Source: a plasmid
Sequence record: NZ_CP084013.1
Reading direction: 5' to 3' (one strand)
DNA: 64,000 bases
Under the pieces are notes generated by a model, which did no database searches, was not told the origin of the DNA, and saw only the letters and a program-made list of their open reading frames with translations. Every line of letters starts with the position of its first letter. The stretch's first letter is position 1. Shown piece after piece: positions 47,380-57,505 of this stretch. A program made the translations under genes and the position numbers.

Positions 47380-48645
47380 CTAGAAGAGCTCGTTTTGTAT
47401 TGGTTTGCTGAGTCGTGCGTGGATCAGCTTGATATAGTCGGGATCGAGTTCGCTTGCCGTGCATTGCATGTGTTCGAGCAGACATGCTTCCAATGTGGTG
47501 CCGCTTCCGGCGAACGGCTCCAGCACGAGACCATCCGCCGGGGTGACGAGACGGACAAGCCAGCGCATGAGTTCGACCGGTTTGACTGTCGGATGGAGGA
47601 TGCCGTCGACTTTCGGCCGTTCAGACGGTGAGGCTTTCGGACAATACCTGAAAACCGGGTAGAATCGACTCGCGCCGCCCATATCGTCATATTCGGCGCC
47701 GGTATGGGTCATGCCCCAGCCGTCACCGGGTTTCGTGCTTGCGCGTGGTTTGCCTTTTCGACTGACGGTGACGCCGGACTGTCGGTCGAGTTCCTTGGCC
47801 GTGGACTGGTCGAACAGCATGTTCGGCGTGAAACGGGCGGCAGCCGTGTAGTCGGTGCGATTCGCTTTGTCCGCACCATATACATGGTTGTCTCTCGGCC
47901 CGGAGCCGAACCGTCCATGCTGGTTCTTGCCCTTCGACTCCGCCTCGTCCGCCGTGTTGCGGAATGGGACGCGGCATGCGTCGATATGCAACGCGCCTGT
48001 CCCGTGTCCGAGCAGATTGTGGGCGAGATTCCCGTCCAACGGCTTGCGGGCCAGACAGATGGGTTCGTGCGCGGGCTTCAGCTGGCTGTACCAGCCTTTG
48101 AACGGTTTCGCCGTCTCGGATCGCGTCGGCTCCACATCCTCGCGGCGTTCCCGGTCGATCATGAGCGTCGCATCCGAACCGTGTGGCATGCCGGACGCGT
48201 ACACCCAGTCGATCTGGTCGCGGATTTCGAAGCCCGCATCCTCGATCGCGCCGGCGAGCCGATGATAGGTGCGGCTCGCGGCGAACGCGGCAACATGCCC
48301 GCCCGGCTTCAGAACGCGCAGGATATCCTTCCACAGGTCCACGTCGAACGCGATGCCTGTGGAATCGAAGCTGCGGTTCATGAAACCGATCTCATACGGC
48401 GGGTCGGTGACGACGGAATCCACGCTGTTGTCCGGTAAGGAGGCGATGAGTCGGCGACAATCCCCCTTGTATAGGCGGAGGTTGTCGCCCAGATCTTCCA
48501 GCTCGTTGACACTCCCGTGGTTGAAACCACGGGATTCCTGCGAACTGGGCTTGCTTGGATTCAGACGATACGCCTGAATCCAGAGGCTTCCCATTTTTAG
48601 CGGGCTATCCCCGGTTGTCGGCCGGTTCCTCTTCTCTTTCGTCAT
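47380..48645 (-). CDS. DNA methyltransferase, N4-cytosine/N6-adenine beta class (orphan)
   Basis: DPPY motif IV (VVTDPPY) preceding FAGSGTT motif I; 421 aa; N-terminal about 20 codons may derive from the adjacent IS end. Confidence 0.75.
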   Translation of the reverse strand: MTKEKRNRPTTGDSPLKMGSLWIQAYRLNPSKPSSQESRGFNHGSVNELEDLGDNLRLYKGDCRRLIASLPDNSVDSVVTDPPYEIGFMNRSFDSTGIAFDVDLWKDILRVLKPGGHVAAFAASRTYHRLAGAIEDAGFEIRDQIDWVYASGMPHGSDATLMIDRERREDVEPTRSETAKPFKGWYSQLKPAHEPICLARKPLDGNLAHNLLGHGTGALHIDACRVPFRNTADEAESKGKNQHGRFGSGPRDNHVYGADKANRTDYTAAARFTPNMLFDQSTAKELDRQSGVTVSRKGKPRASTKPGDGWGMTHTGAEYDDMGGASRFYPVFRYCPKASPSERPKVDGILHPTVKPVELMRWLVRLVTPADGLVLEPFAGSGTTLEACLLEHMQCTASELDPDYIKLIHARLSKPIQNELF

Positions 48646-49814
48646 GCTTCTTCCCGGCTGAGCCGCAATGCCTCGTCGCGGATGTTCAACGCGGCGTTCA
48701 CGTCCCTGTCATGCCGGATATGGCAGTTTTCGCAGGTCCATTCGCGTTCGGACAGCCGCAACTCCTTGTACTTGTGCCCGCAGTCGTGGCAGAGTTTGGA
48801 ACTCGGGTAGAACCTGTCCACTTGGACGAGGGTGCGACCATACCATTCCGCCTTGTGGGAGAGCTTGGCCACGAGGCCGCTCCACCCGTCGCGGAGTATG
48901 GAACGGTTCATCGCGCGTTTGCGTGACTGGCCGTTGCGCATGGGTCTGCCTTCGGCGTCCAGCCTCTTGCGTGCCTTCCGTGTCATGTTCCGTACCATCA
49001 GGGTCTCCATGCCGATGAATTGGTTCTCTTCTATCAGCCTGTGGGACAGTTGGTGCTGGAAGTTATCGCGGTAGTGGCGGAGCTTGGCGTACGCCTTGGC
49101 TACGATCGCCCTCTGCTTGCGGTAGTTGTTCGACCCTTTCGTTCTGTGGGACAGTTTGCGCTGCTCCCATCTGACGTCCTCCTCCAATCGGCGCAGCCGG
49201 TTCGGATAGTCGATTTTCTCGCCGGTGGACAATGTGAGGAGATTCTTGACACCCAAGTCGATGCCGATACGGCCTTCGGCCCGCGTTTTCGGCTGGATGT
49301 CCACGTCGAACAGGAGCACGAGATAGTATGTGCGGTTCTCGCGTTTCACCGTCCAGCTGGACAATGATTCGATTGGATGGCGGAGCCGGTCGCGTTTGCG
49401 GATGCGCACCGAGCCGAGCTTCTTGGTCAACGGGTACCGGTTGCCGTTCATACGGCGTATCGGCATGGTGTTGCGGAACGATTGGATGCTGTCGTTCCTT
49501 GAGGCGAAACGGGGACGATGCTTCTCGTACTGGGCTTTGCGGAAGTACGCGGATTGCGCCTTGCGGAAGTCCATGATGGCGTTGCTCAACGCGTTCGACG
49601 GGATCGGACTGTCCTTGAGCCATCCGTTCGCGTTCTTCATGCCGGTCACGTTCGGATATTCGGGTTTCGGGTTCGTTTCCTTGTCGTACGTGTTGAACGC
49701 CTCGACCTGCTGGTTGTAGGCGAAACGCCTGTCGCCGAAGCATCGTTCCAGCAACGCGGCTTGGGTCTTGGACGGCGTGAACGGTATGCGCTGCGCCACC
49801 TTGCGCATGGTCAT
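48642..49814 (-). CDS. tnpB: TnpB (IS605 OrfB family)
   Basis: 390 aa; zinc ribbon CHDCGHKY...CENCH; 4-nt overlap with tnpA. Confidence 0.85.
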   Translation of the reverse strand: MTMRKVAQRIPFTPSKTQAALLERCFGDRRFAYNQQVEAFNTYDKETNPKPEYPNVTGMKNANGWLKDSPIPSNALSNAIMDFRKAQSAYFRKAQYEKHRPRFASRNDSIQSFRNTMPIRRMNGNRYPLTKKLGSVRIRKRDRLRHPIESLSSWTVKRENRTYYLVLLFDVDIQPKTRAEGRIGIDLGVKNLLTLSTGEKIDYPNRLRRLEEDVRWEQRKLSHRTKGSNNYRKQRAIVAKAYAKLRHYRDNFQHQLSHRLIEENQFIGMETLMVRNMTRKARKRLDAEGRPMRNGQSRKRAMNRSILRDGWSGLVAKLSHKAEWYGRTLVQVDRFYPSSKLCHDCGHKYKELRLSEREWTCENCHIRHDRDVNAALNIRDEALRLSREEA

Positions 49815-50254
49815 TGCGATTCACGCTCCTTAGACCGTTGGTCGTCGATGTATTTGGCCACCGCCTGCTCGTTGACCGAGCCGATGCTTTCCGCGAAATA
49901 GCTGGGCGACCACAGGCTCCGTTCGCCCTTGCGTTTCCAGTACTGGCTTTTCAGTTCGGGGTGCATGGCGAACAGTCGTAGACTGGATGTGCCCTTCAAT
50001 TGTTTGACGATGCTGCTCACGCTGATTTTCGGCGGCGCTGACACGAACAGGTGGATGTGGTCGTCCAAGCCGACCTCCATATGGGGAATGCGGTAGCCGT
50101 GCTCGTCGGCTATCTCCCTGAGAATCGTCTTCAAATCCGAGTCGATTCCGTTCTTGAGCACCTTGCGGCGGTATTTCGTGCACCAGATGATGTGGTAGTT
50201 CAGATTGTACACCGAAGTCCTACCATGTGTGAACCGTTCATCGCTTGCGCTCAT
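49811..50254 (-). CDS. tnpA: IS200-family TnpA
   Basis: YHIIWCTKYRRKVL and DHIHLFVSAPP HuH motif. Confidence 0.85.
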   Translation of the reverse strand: MSASDERFTHGRTSVYNLNYHIIWCTKYRRKVLKNGIDSDLKTILREIADEHGYRIPHMEVGLDDHIHLFVSAPPKISVSSIVKQLKGTSSLRLFAMHPELKSQYWKRKGERSLWSPSYFAESIGSVNEQAVAKYIDDQRSKERESQ

Positions 50255-50361
50255 GGGAATAATCGTAGCACATTCGCTACCATATGTAAACTTCGGTACG
50301 CCCTAACCCGGCATTGAAATACCGGGTTTGCGGGCTAAAACCTCATCAATGTCGGAACCGT

Positions 50362-50952
50362 TTAGAATTCCGGGTCGGTGCCGTCGCCGTTCGGATCCGT
50401 GCTGGCTGGCGTGGTCGTAGCCCACGGATCCATTGCGGGCTGTGAGGGTGCCGCAGGTTGCGCCGGTGTCTGTGCGGGAGCCTGTTGGCTGTAACCCTGC
50501 TGCTGGTAGTTGTTGTATGCGCCTTGCTGATAGCCGTTGTTCGGCTGCTGGTATCCGCCGCCGTAATTGTTCTGCCGGTAGCCGTTGCCGTTGGACTGTT
50601 GGCCGCTGGTCTTCTGAAATTGCGCGACGCCGAACCGGAGGCTGGGGCCAAGGTCGGTGACGATCATTTCAAGATTGCTGCGCTGTTGGCCGGTGTTCTT
50701 GTCCGTCCAGCTGTTGGTTTTCATGTATCCGGTGGCTACCACGCGCATGCCCTTATAGCAGGAGCGCATGATGTTCTGGGCAAGGTCTCCGAATGCGGCG
50801 CACCGCATGAATACGGCATCCCCATCCACTGTCTGCCCGTTACGGTCACGTCGACGCGTATTGTGCGCGATGGTGAAAGTGACCGTATCTCCCCTCTGCT
50901 CGGGGTTTGCGGTGATATTGCCTACGAGTGTGAGTGTCGGCTCTCCTGCCAT
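50362..50952 (-). CDS. ssb: single-stranded DNA-binding protein
   Basis: OB-fold N-terminus (LVGNITANPE...), Gly/Gln/Asn-rich linker, acidic C-terminal tail DGTDPEF. Confidence 0.85.
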   Translation of the reverse strand: MAGEPTLTLVGNITANPEQRGDTVTFTIAHNTRRRDRNGQTVDGDAVFMRCAAFGDLAQNIMRSCYKGMRVVATGYMKTNSWTDKNTGQQRSNLEMIVTDLGPSLRFGVAQFQKTSGQQSNGNGYRQNNYGGGYQQPNNGYQQGAYNNYQQQGYSQQAPAQTPAQPAAPSQPAMDPWATTTPASTDPNGDGTDPEF

Positions 50953-50966
50953 GGGTTCCTGGTCTC

Positions 50967-50998
50967 CTTATTTTTTCTATGTGAACATATTCAGTATA
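50967..50998 (-). promoter_or_regulatory. recurrent promoter-like motif copy driving ssb (rc: TATGCTTGTTATACTGAATATGTTCACATAGA)
   Basis: Extended -10 TGTTATACT; RBS AAGGAGA and ssb ATG downstream on the minus strand. Confidence 0.55.
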
Positions 50999-51152
50999 AC
51001 AAGCATATACGAAGAAAAGGCATGTCGGATAAGCATCAGGACAGAGGAGAAAAACCTGACACCAATCCGACATACCCCTTTTAGCAGGATGGGCTCACTC
51101 CACTACGGCGGAATGAGCCCATCAAGGTTTCTATCCGATCAGCGTGACCGTC

Positions 51153-54128
51153 TTACAGGCGGATACGCTTCCTCGAACCAGCCAGAGCGAGAGCGATACC
51201 AGCTCCGGCGAGGACCCCGGCCCACAGGAGCATCGGGGTGCCGACACCAGTGGAGGCGAGACCCTTCTCCTTGACGAGCACAGTCTCGTTCGACTTGCGC
51301 GCGTCACCGTAGGAGATAAGCTTGCCGGACTTGTCGTACACCTTCTCACGCCAGTAGTAGGTGCCGGTTTCATGCACGGTCACGGTCGGCGAGTGGGCGC
51401 CGTCCACGGCGTCGACCTTACCGGTGACGGTGATGAGCACGTCTCCCGACTGGTCTCCGTTGGCCTGCTTCCACAGTTCGAATTCGGCCTTGGCTGCCTG
51501 CTCGCAGTTCTTGAGCAGGAGCTCGTCGTGCAGGTCGGCCTTACCGTTCTCGAACGTGACCTCACCCTGGCTCTTGGTGGACACCTCGCACTTCGGCACG
51601 TTGGGCTTCTTGCCTTGGACGCGCACGATTTCGGATGCGAGTCCGAAAGCGTGCTGCACCTTGCCGTGGGTGAGCTGACGCCATGCGAGGGCGGTGAGCG
51701 GATTATGGTTCTGGTCGCCGGTCAGACTCGGTGTCATGACCCAATGCCAGGCGTAGGTGCCGGTGTCAGTCAACGTGAACGAGTCGGTCGTGTAGGTGCC
51801 GAACTTGGTGACGTCCTTGATGTCGGCCTCGTGAACCTTCACCGCGTTTTCGGGCACGGTGTCGGTTTCCTCGATCGCGGCGGACGGGTCGTCACTCACC
51901 TTGTAGAGGACGCCGTGGAAGTCGAGGCTGAGCGGGGTGCTCTTCGCGGTCTCGCCTTCGGTGACGTTGGTCTCCGGGTAGGTGGGCCACACGTCCTTTT
52001 CGTTGGTCTTGGCGACGACGAGCTTGTCGATGGTGGTCTCCCCCGCCTTGACTTCCTTGCTGGACACCGTGGAGTCGAGCTTCGGGGTGAGGCGGATCAT
52101 GACGGTCTCATCCGCAGTGAACGGAGCCTCATGAACATCCTTGGCGAACGGATAGTCCTTGGACGGTTTGATACCGGTCTGGCTTTCCGTGTCCTGATCC
52201 TTGTTCGCGATGTCGAACACGAACGTGGCGTATCCGGATGGCAGGTTCGTCAGATCCACACCATCCTCGGCCTTCCATTGGGCGACAGGCTTGTCCTCGT
52301 CACTGCTGGAAATCAGGTAGTCGCCGGCCTTGTTCGTGGTGAACGTCGCGGTGGCGAGCTTCACGGCCTGTTTGGGTAGTTCGACGGTCTTGCCTGCGGC
52401 GGTATCCTTCTGAGCCTGTTCGGCCTGTTCGCGGGTCATACCACCGTAGATGGAGCCATTCACGGTAAGCGTGATCTGGTTGTCTTCCGTTTCCTTGCCT
52501 TCGCCCTGACCGTCCTTGGTGTGCAGCCAGTCCTGGGTGTCGACCTTGCCGTCACCGTTCACGTCGGTCACGCCCAGCGTGACCTTATCACGGATGATGC
52601 TGCCTTTTTCAAGGTAGACGACATCGGTCTTGTCGGATGCCTGAGCGGAACCGATTTGCACGCTCGGACGTTCGGTGCCGTCGGCGCCGGCCACCGTGCT
52701 CTGATCATTCTTGTAGGCGCCGCTCACACTCGACTTGATGGTCGGCTGCATGTTGCGCACATGCTGAGTGGATTCCGCTTCCAGCACGTTGTCAGACCAG
52801 TCGTAGTCCGTGGACAGGTACTGCCTCATGTTGGCGTCCTGCATGTCGGGCGTGATCTGCCACACCCACGTGTACCAGCCGGTGTCCGGCAGGCTCGACG
52901 GGGTGGCTCCCGGGTGCGTCTTCACGAAGTCGGGGTCCATGGTGATGGAGGCGGCGTCCACGTGATTGGTGGCGCCGTCCTTGTCGCCGGTGACGGTCGC
53001 GGTCGCGGCCTTCACCCCATCCTTGACGGTCGTCTGGCCTTCGACCGGCTTTTTCGCGAAGTAGTAGAGGGTGCCGGTGCTCTTGATGGTCGCGCCTTCA
53101 ATCCAGTCGCCACCGGACGGGTCCACATGCCAGGTCAGATCATCTTCGGGCGCATGCCCGTATTCGATGCGATGATCGGTCTGGTTGGATTCGATGGTCG
53201 GCTTGAAGTTGTTCAGCACCTCGAACTGGATGTTCTTCGACACGGTCTCGGGATCGGTAGCTGCCATCAGGTTCTGGTTCGGCGAGGACAGTTTGGCGGC
53301 CTTCGGAACCTTGTAATTAAAAACAGGCATAACCTTGCCATTGCCGGTTGCGGTCCACGCGACATGCTGCGCAGAATTCGTGGTGGTGCCGCTGATCGTG
53401 TTCTTGCCGGTCTGGTCGAACACGGCCGGGCCCTTCAGGGTCGCGGTGTACGTGATTCCTGAAAGGAAGCCGCCGTTCCCGTTCTGGATGCCGACATCGA
53501 TGGTGCCTTTGCGTTGGCCGATCGTGTACTGGTATCTCATGTCGAGGTTCGAGGGCGTGTTGGCGACCGCCTCATTCCACAACTCGTTCATCTTCTTCGT
53601 GTACGTGTCCCAGCTGGTGCCGTCCTTCCAGCCGAGGCGTTCGATGCCTTTCAGGTATTCTTCACCCATCGGATCGAGCTTCTGGTGGATGAGGCCCGCG
53701 ATCGCGGCCTGCGTGAGGTCGTCCGCGTTCCCGTTGTACTTGTCGGTCAGCCATGCGAGCCGTTGCGCGTCCGGTTTCGTCTTCGCGTCGGTCCACTCGC
53801 CCCACGTGCCCGCCGTGCCCGTGTAGAGCGTGTCGGCCTGGATGCAGTACACGTTCTTCCCGTTGACCTTGTCGACCACGCCGAGCGACTGCTCCATGTC
53901 CTCGTACTTGTGTCCGTTGCTGAACGTGATCGTACCCATGTTCGCCCACAAGCCCGGGTTGCCGTTCTGAATGGAGCGCTCAAACGGATCACGCATGTCG
54001 GCCGCGTCCGCCGTGCCCGCGACGAGCATGCCCGCCGCCAGGGTGGCGGCTGCCGCGACGCCCGCGGCGATCGTGCGGACCACATGCCGGATTGTGGAAC
54101 CGCGAGTGGGATTGTTGTTTCTCCCCAT
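51153..54128 (-). CDS. large cell-wall-anchored surface protein (LAXTG)
   Basis: Signal peptide; 991 aa; C-terminal LASTG + TM + SRKRIRL. Confidence 0.65.
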   Translation of the reverse strand: MGRNNNPTRGSTIRHVVRTIAAGVAAAATLAAGMLVAGTADAADMRDPFERSIQNGNPGLWANMGTITFSNGHKYEDMEQSLGVVDKVNGKNVYCIQADTLYTGTAGTWGEWTDAKTKPDAQRLAWLTDKYNGNADDLTQAAIAGLIHQKLDPMGEEYLKGIERLGWKDGTSWDTYTKKMNELWNEAVANTPSNLDMRYQYTIGQRKGTIDVGIQNGNGGFLSGITYTATLKGPAVFDQTGKNTISGTTTNSAQHVAWTATGNGKVMPVFNYKVPKAAKLSSPNQNLMAATDPETVSKNIQFEVLNNFKPTIESNQTDHRIEYGHAPEDDLTWHVDPSGGDWIEGATIKSTGTLYYFAKKPVEGQTTVKDGVKAATATVTGDKDGATNHVDAASITMDPDFVKTHPGATPSSLPDTGWYTWVWQITPDMQDANMRQYLSTDYDWSDNVLEAESTQHVRNMQPTIKSSVSGAYKNDQSTVAGADGTERPSVQIGSAQASDKTDVVYLEKGSIIRDKVTLGVTDVNGDGKVDTQDWLHTKDGQGEGKETEDNQITLTVNGSIYGGMTREQAEQAQKDTAAGKTVELPKQAVKLATATFTTNKAGDYLISSSDEDKPVAQWKAEDGVDLTNLPSGYATFVFDIANKDQDTESQTGIKPSKDYPFAKDVHEAPFTADETVMIRLTPKLDSTVSSKEVKAGETTIDKLVVAKTNEKDVWPTYPETNVTEGETAKSTPLSLDFHGVLYKVSDDPSAAIEETDTVPENAVKVHEADIKDVTKFGTYTTDSFTLTDTGTYAWHWVMTPSLTGDQNHNPLTALAWRQLTHGKVQHAFGLASEIVRVQGKKPNVPKCEVSTKSQGEVTFENGKADLHDELLLKNCEQAAKAEFELWKQANGDQSGDVLITVTGKVDAVDGAHSPTVTVHETGTYYWREKVYDKSGKLISYGDARKSNETVLVKEKGLASTGVGTPMLLWAGVLAGAGIALALAGSRKRIRL

Positions 54129-54398
54129 ATCGTCTCCTCTGATAAGAAGGATATTTTGTCGCCAGAGATATTCACTGGACTCTTGCGGTTTTTACTGTAA
54201 CGTCAAATCTTGTAATTAACCGGTTTTTTATTGAAATTGACCGATATTTTTTGTGAGCGGCCACCTTGCCGTTGCGCTTGCAAGCTCATACCATTGGATG
54301 CACTCTGAAATTGTCCACGAAACAAGGCCTATCGGCGACCGTGTATTGGAAGCACGGTTCAGCCTGACAGTCAACGACATAGTATAAGGAAAATACAA

Positions 54399-55427
54399 AT
54401 GAACGAGAAAGAAGGACCTATGAACATGAACGTCACGCCACCGGTTGAGCCGGTGACGGAATTCGAAGTCCCCCTGCCTCCGGATCGTAAGCGTCCGAAG
54501 TGGCTGGTTCCGTTGATTGCGGGGAGTACTGCCGTCGTTGTTTTAGCGGCTGTCGGCACCGGTGGATACCTGTATTGGAACCATGATCGGTTGACGGCGG
54601 CTTCAGAGGAATGCGCCACCTCATACGACAGGGCGGTGAAGGCGCGGAAGAAGCTGACGGAGTATCTGGAGTCGGATGCGGTGAAGACCGCAATCAGGGT
54701 CAAGGATTCGGAGGTCAAGGACGCGAAAACGGTCGGGACGTTGGCTTCGACGGTGAAGGCTGTCGAGAAGACGAAGACCGATATCCCCGAATGCCCGGCG
54801 GATGGGTTGAAGGACATCAAGGCCGTGACCGCGCGGCTCGACAAGACCGCGACCGCGTATGAGAAGACCGTGAACGAGGTCAGGGGCAAGGCGAATGCGG
54901 TCAACGCCTCGAAGACCGACAAGACCGTCGCCGACGCGACCAAGGTCCTGGACGACTCCAAGGGCAGGGTGAAGGACGACAAGGTTCGCACCGCATTGGA
55001 GAACGCCATCAAATCGAAGGACGGGAAGGCGATCTCGGACGCCATGAAGGCGGTCAACGACTCCATCAAGGCGAAGTCGGATGCGGACGCGAATGCCAGG
55101 GCCGAAAAGGAGAAGCAGGCGGCGGAGAACACGGCCCAGGCGCCGGACAACGGCTCCTACACGGGCGGAACAACCGGAGGATACACCGGATACACCGGTG
55201 GTGGCTACACGCAATCCCAGGGCGGCGGCTACACGTACACTCCACAGCAGTCCACAGGTGGTTCGACCGGCGGCGGTTATACGCCGACGCCACAGCCGCA
55301 GCCACAGCAGCCTTCCCAGGGCGGTGGCAACGGAGGCGGTTCCACGGGAGGGGGCGACGGATATGAAAATATGTGTTTCGCATATCCCACTGACGGTTCG
55401 CCCGCAATCCAGGTTCCCTGCAGTTAA
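54399..55427 (+). CDS. membrane-anchored coiled-coil protein with Gly/Tyr/Thr-rich repeats (GGYTGYTGGGYT) and C-terminal Cys pair
   Basis: N-terminal TM; Lys/Ala-rich helical region; architecture parallels 33914..34891. Confidence 0.5.
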   Translation: MNEKEGPMNMNVTPPVEPVTEFEVPLPPDRKRPKWLVPLIAGSTAVVVLAAVGTGGYLYWNHDRLTAASEECATSYDRAVKARKKLTEYLESDAVKTAIRVKDSEVKDAKTVGTLASTVKAVEKTKTDIPECPADGLKDIKAVTARLDKTATAYEKTVNEVRGKANAVNASKTDKTVADATKVLDDSKGRVKDDKVRTALENAIKSKDGKAISDAMKAVNDSIKAKSDADANARAEKEKQAAENTAQAPDNGSYTGGTTGGYTGYTGGGYTQSQGGGYTYTPQQSTGGSTGGGYTPTPQPQPQQPSQGGGNGGGSTGGGDGYENMCFAYPTDGSPAIQVPCS

Positions 55428-55444
55428 CCTATCCTTTTCAGGAG

Positions 55445-55496
55445 CGAGGGCGACGCATCCTATTCTCATGGGATGTGCCGCCCTCGTCTTTTATGG
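55445..55496. terminator. hairpin terminator between convergent genes
   Basis: GAGGGCGACGCATCC...GGATGTGCCGCCCTC then TCTTTTAT. Confidence 0.45.
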
Positions 55497-55519
55497 GACT
55501 GTCGTTTCGGTTTGTCTCT

Positions 55520-55932
55520 TTAGTAGGAGCCGGATGCGGCGAATAGGATGCCTGCGAATACGATCCATAGGATGAAGAGTACGACGTTGATGATCACTGA
55601 AACCAGTGCGCCCTTGCCTGCCATGCCCGCATCACCAGGACGGTCGTTCTTCCAGATCATCCACAGAATAAGCCCGACCAGAGGAATGAAGAAGCCGAGA
55701 ACAGCCCAAACCGAAGGAGCCTGTGTCGGAGGGAGTTCTCCCATAGGATGCCGTGGGCTGCGGGTATACGGGGTTGAACTGGCGGCGCATAGTTCGGCTG
55801 CCCGTAGGCTGGTTGCGGTTGCGCGTATTGAGATTGGTTGGGTGAAGCGTATTGGACTGGCTGTGACGGCTGGACTGGCTGCCCGTAGGCGGGCTGTGGT
55901 GGTTGGGTTGGATATGGTGTTGGATTGCTCAA
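55520..55932 (-). pseudogene. DUF4190-like small membrane protein with Pro/Gln-rich N-terminus, apparently frameshifted
   Basis: PQ-rich N-terminal ORF (55657..55932) and 2-TM C-terminal ORF (55520..55744) lie in different frames and overlap. Confidence 0.35.
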
Positions 55933-55974
55933 GTGGGTTCTTGTTGACTATCTTAGGACTTTAGGAACTCCTCT

Positions 55975-56424
55975 TTGTTTGTGACTGGTTCAATGGGAGT
56001 CATGGGAGTTCTTTGGAAAATCAGCAAATGGTATAACCGGTATCAGTTCTTCATGTGGGCTTCAGGAGTACTGACCGCGATAGCCGCTCCCCTGATCGGC
56101 TACGCCGCCTATTTCCTCGGTATCAACAACCAGCATGCGGAACTCGTCTCGGACAGTCCCGAATACGCGAATGATATAACGGCCGGCAGCCTCATCCAAT
56201 GGTTGACCGGCCAAGCACACAGCTACGGTCGAATCCTCGGCATCATCGCCATCATCGGCATCCTGCTCATCATCTTCTGCATCACCTTCACCATCATCGG
56301 ATGGATCAGCCAAAGAACCGAAATCAGCGGCACCGACCAGGTTGACGAAGTACAGGAGAAAGGCCGACGCAAAGCCGAAACGGAAGAACAATACGACGAC
56401 TACGGGCAAACCATGGAGTATTAA
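55975..56424 (+). CDS. integral membrane protein (3-4 TM)
   Basis: 149-aa hydrophobic ORF. Confidence 0.4.
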   Translation: MFVTGSMGVMGVLWKISKWYNRYQFFMWASGVLTAIAAPLIGYAAYFLGINNQHAELVSDSPEYANDITAGSLIQWLTGQAHSYGRILGIIAIIGILLIIFCITFTIIGWISQRTEISGTDQVDEVQEKGRRKAETEEQYDDYGQTMEY

Positions 56425-56452
56425 TCATCGGCAAGCGGATTGCACGCCGCTT

Positions 56453-57505
56453 TTAGCGCGAACGTCTCCGATTGTATCCCCGCACAACGGTGCCATCCGC
56501 TTTCCGGTACGGATCGACATGAATCTCCCCACCCGGTTCCGGCATGCCGGCGGCAATCCGCTTGGCTGCAGCACGCATCTGCTCACTGCGAATCCGATCA
56601 GTTTCAGCTTGCTCGGCTTCAGCAAGATCAGCAGAGTCCTCCAAAAGCGGCGCATTCTCTCCCCAATACTCATGCCATTCGTCGGAACAATCTAGGTCGA
56701 CTTCAGAGAGGAGTCGCTGTGCAAGTGTCCAGCACTGTTCTTTGTTTCTGCCTCCAGCTCTGGTATACGTTGCTAGATATTCCGCTTTTTTGCTATCTGG
56801 TATGATTTTCGTGTCATGCCCTTGGTCTCTACGTTCCGCAATCCGGCTGTTATCCCGCAATAAACCCAAATCAGGAGTGTGATGACGCATGATTGTTTCT
56901 ATATCATAGAGATCTTTGCCGTTTCGATTTTCACGGGACAGACCGTTGAGTTTTTCCGCAAGCTGAGCATCGATATCCATCATCCTGGCGGGAGCCATAT
57001 CGAAACCCATGCTTTGGAATATCTCTCGCATGTCGTTGTCCATACGGTATTCAGCATCCGGCAGATGGTCACCTAGGTCGGGTGATGCTTCAAAGTTGAT
57101 GGTGGCGAACCTGATTCCCATGTAGTCTAGGTGGACGCTTAGCGTATCCAACTGGATTCCTGCCGGTGTATGTTTCCTCTCTGCGTGTTCAAACGAACCA
57201 GCGAATCCTTGCCAACCTTCCTGAAGCTTCTTGGCGAATGACTCCTCAAACTCTTCTTCGGAACCCGAGTAAGCCGTATCTATATCACGGGATACTCTCG
57301 ATTCAGACAACGGATACCGCAACGAGATAGCGGAACCTCCTTTGAGGTAGGCTCCATCTGGAATCATCTGTCCCAGCACCCCGGCGATGAAGCTCTTCCT
57401 GAAGGTTTTTGCTTTTGCCGTGTCTGAAAGGCGTATAGTCTGCCTGTCGATCAGCTGTTTAAGTCGCTTAAAGGAATTTGGTCGTTTTGGTTCATTCGAT
57501 CCCAT
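56453..57505 (-). CDS. abiEii: AbiEii/AbiGii-family nucleotidyltransferase toxin (type IV TA / abortive infection)
   Basis: NTase signature YLKGGSAISLRYPLSESRVSRDIDTAY; 350 aa; 14-nt overlap with the upstream abiEi-like gene. Confidence 0.65.
   Translation of the reverse strand: MGSNEPKRPNSFKRLKQLIDRQTIRLSDTAKAKTFRKSFIAGVLGQMIPDGAYLKGGSAISLRYPLSESRVSRDIDTAYSGSEEEFEESFAKKLQEGWQGFAGSFEHAERKHTPAGIQLDTLSVHLDYMGIRFATINFEASPDLGDHLPDAEYRMDNDMREIFQSMGFDMAPARMMDIDAQLAEKLNGLSRENRNGKDLYDIETIMRHHTPDLGLLRDNSRIAERRDQGHDTKIIPDSKKAEYLATYTRAGGRNKEQCWTLAQRLLSEVDLDCSDEWHEYWGENAPLLEDSADLAEAEQAETDRIRSEQMRAAAKRIAAGMPEPGGEIHVDPYRKADGTVVRGYNRRRSR

Larger units (their letters stand above)
48500..50330 (-). mobile_element. 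IS200/IS605-family element (tnpA + tnpB co-directional)
   Basis: tnpA/tnpB pair; LE hairpin CCCGGTATTTCAATGCCGGG (minus strand) at about 50295..50314; right boundary approximate. Confidence 0.55.

Noticed and set aside
47380-48645. Considered calling a restriction-modification system around the beta-class methyltransferase
   Set aside because: No endonuclease-like ORF (PD-(D/E)xK, HNH or GIY-YIG) is adjacent. The neighbours are IS genes and HigA, so it was called an orphan methyltransferase.
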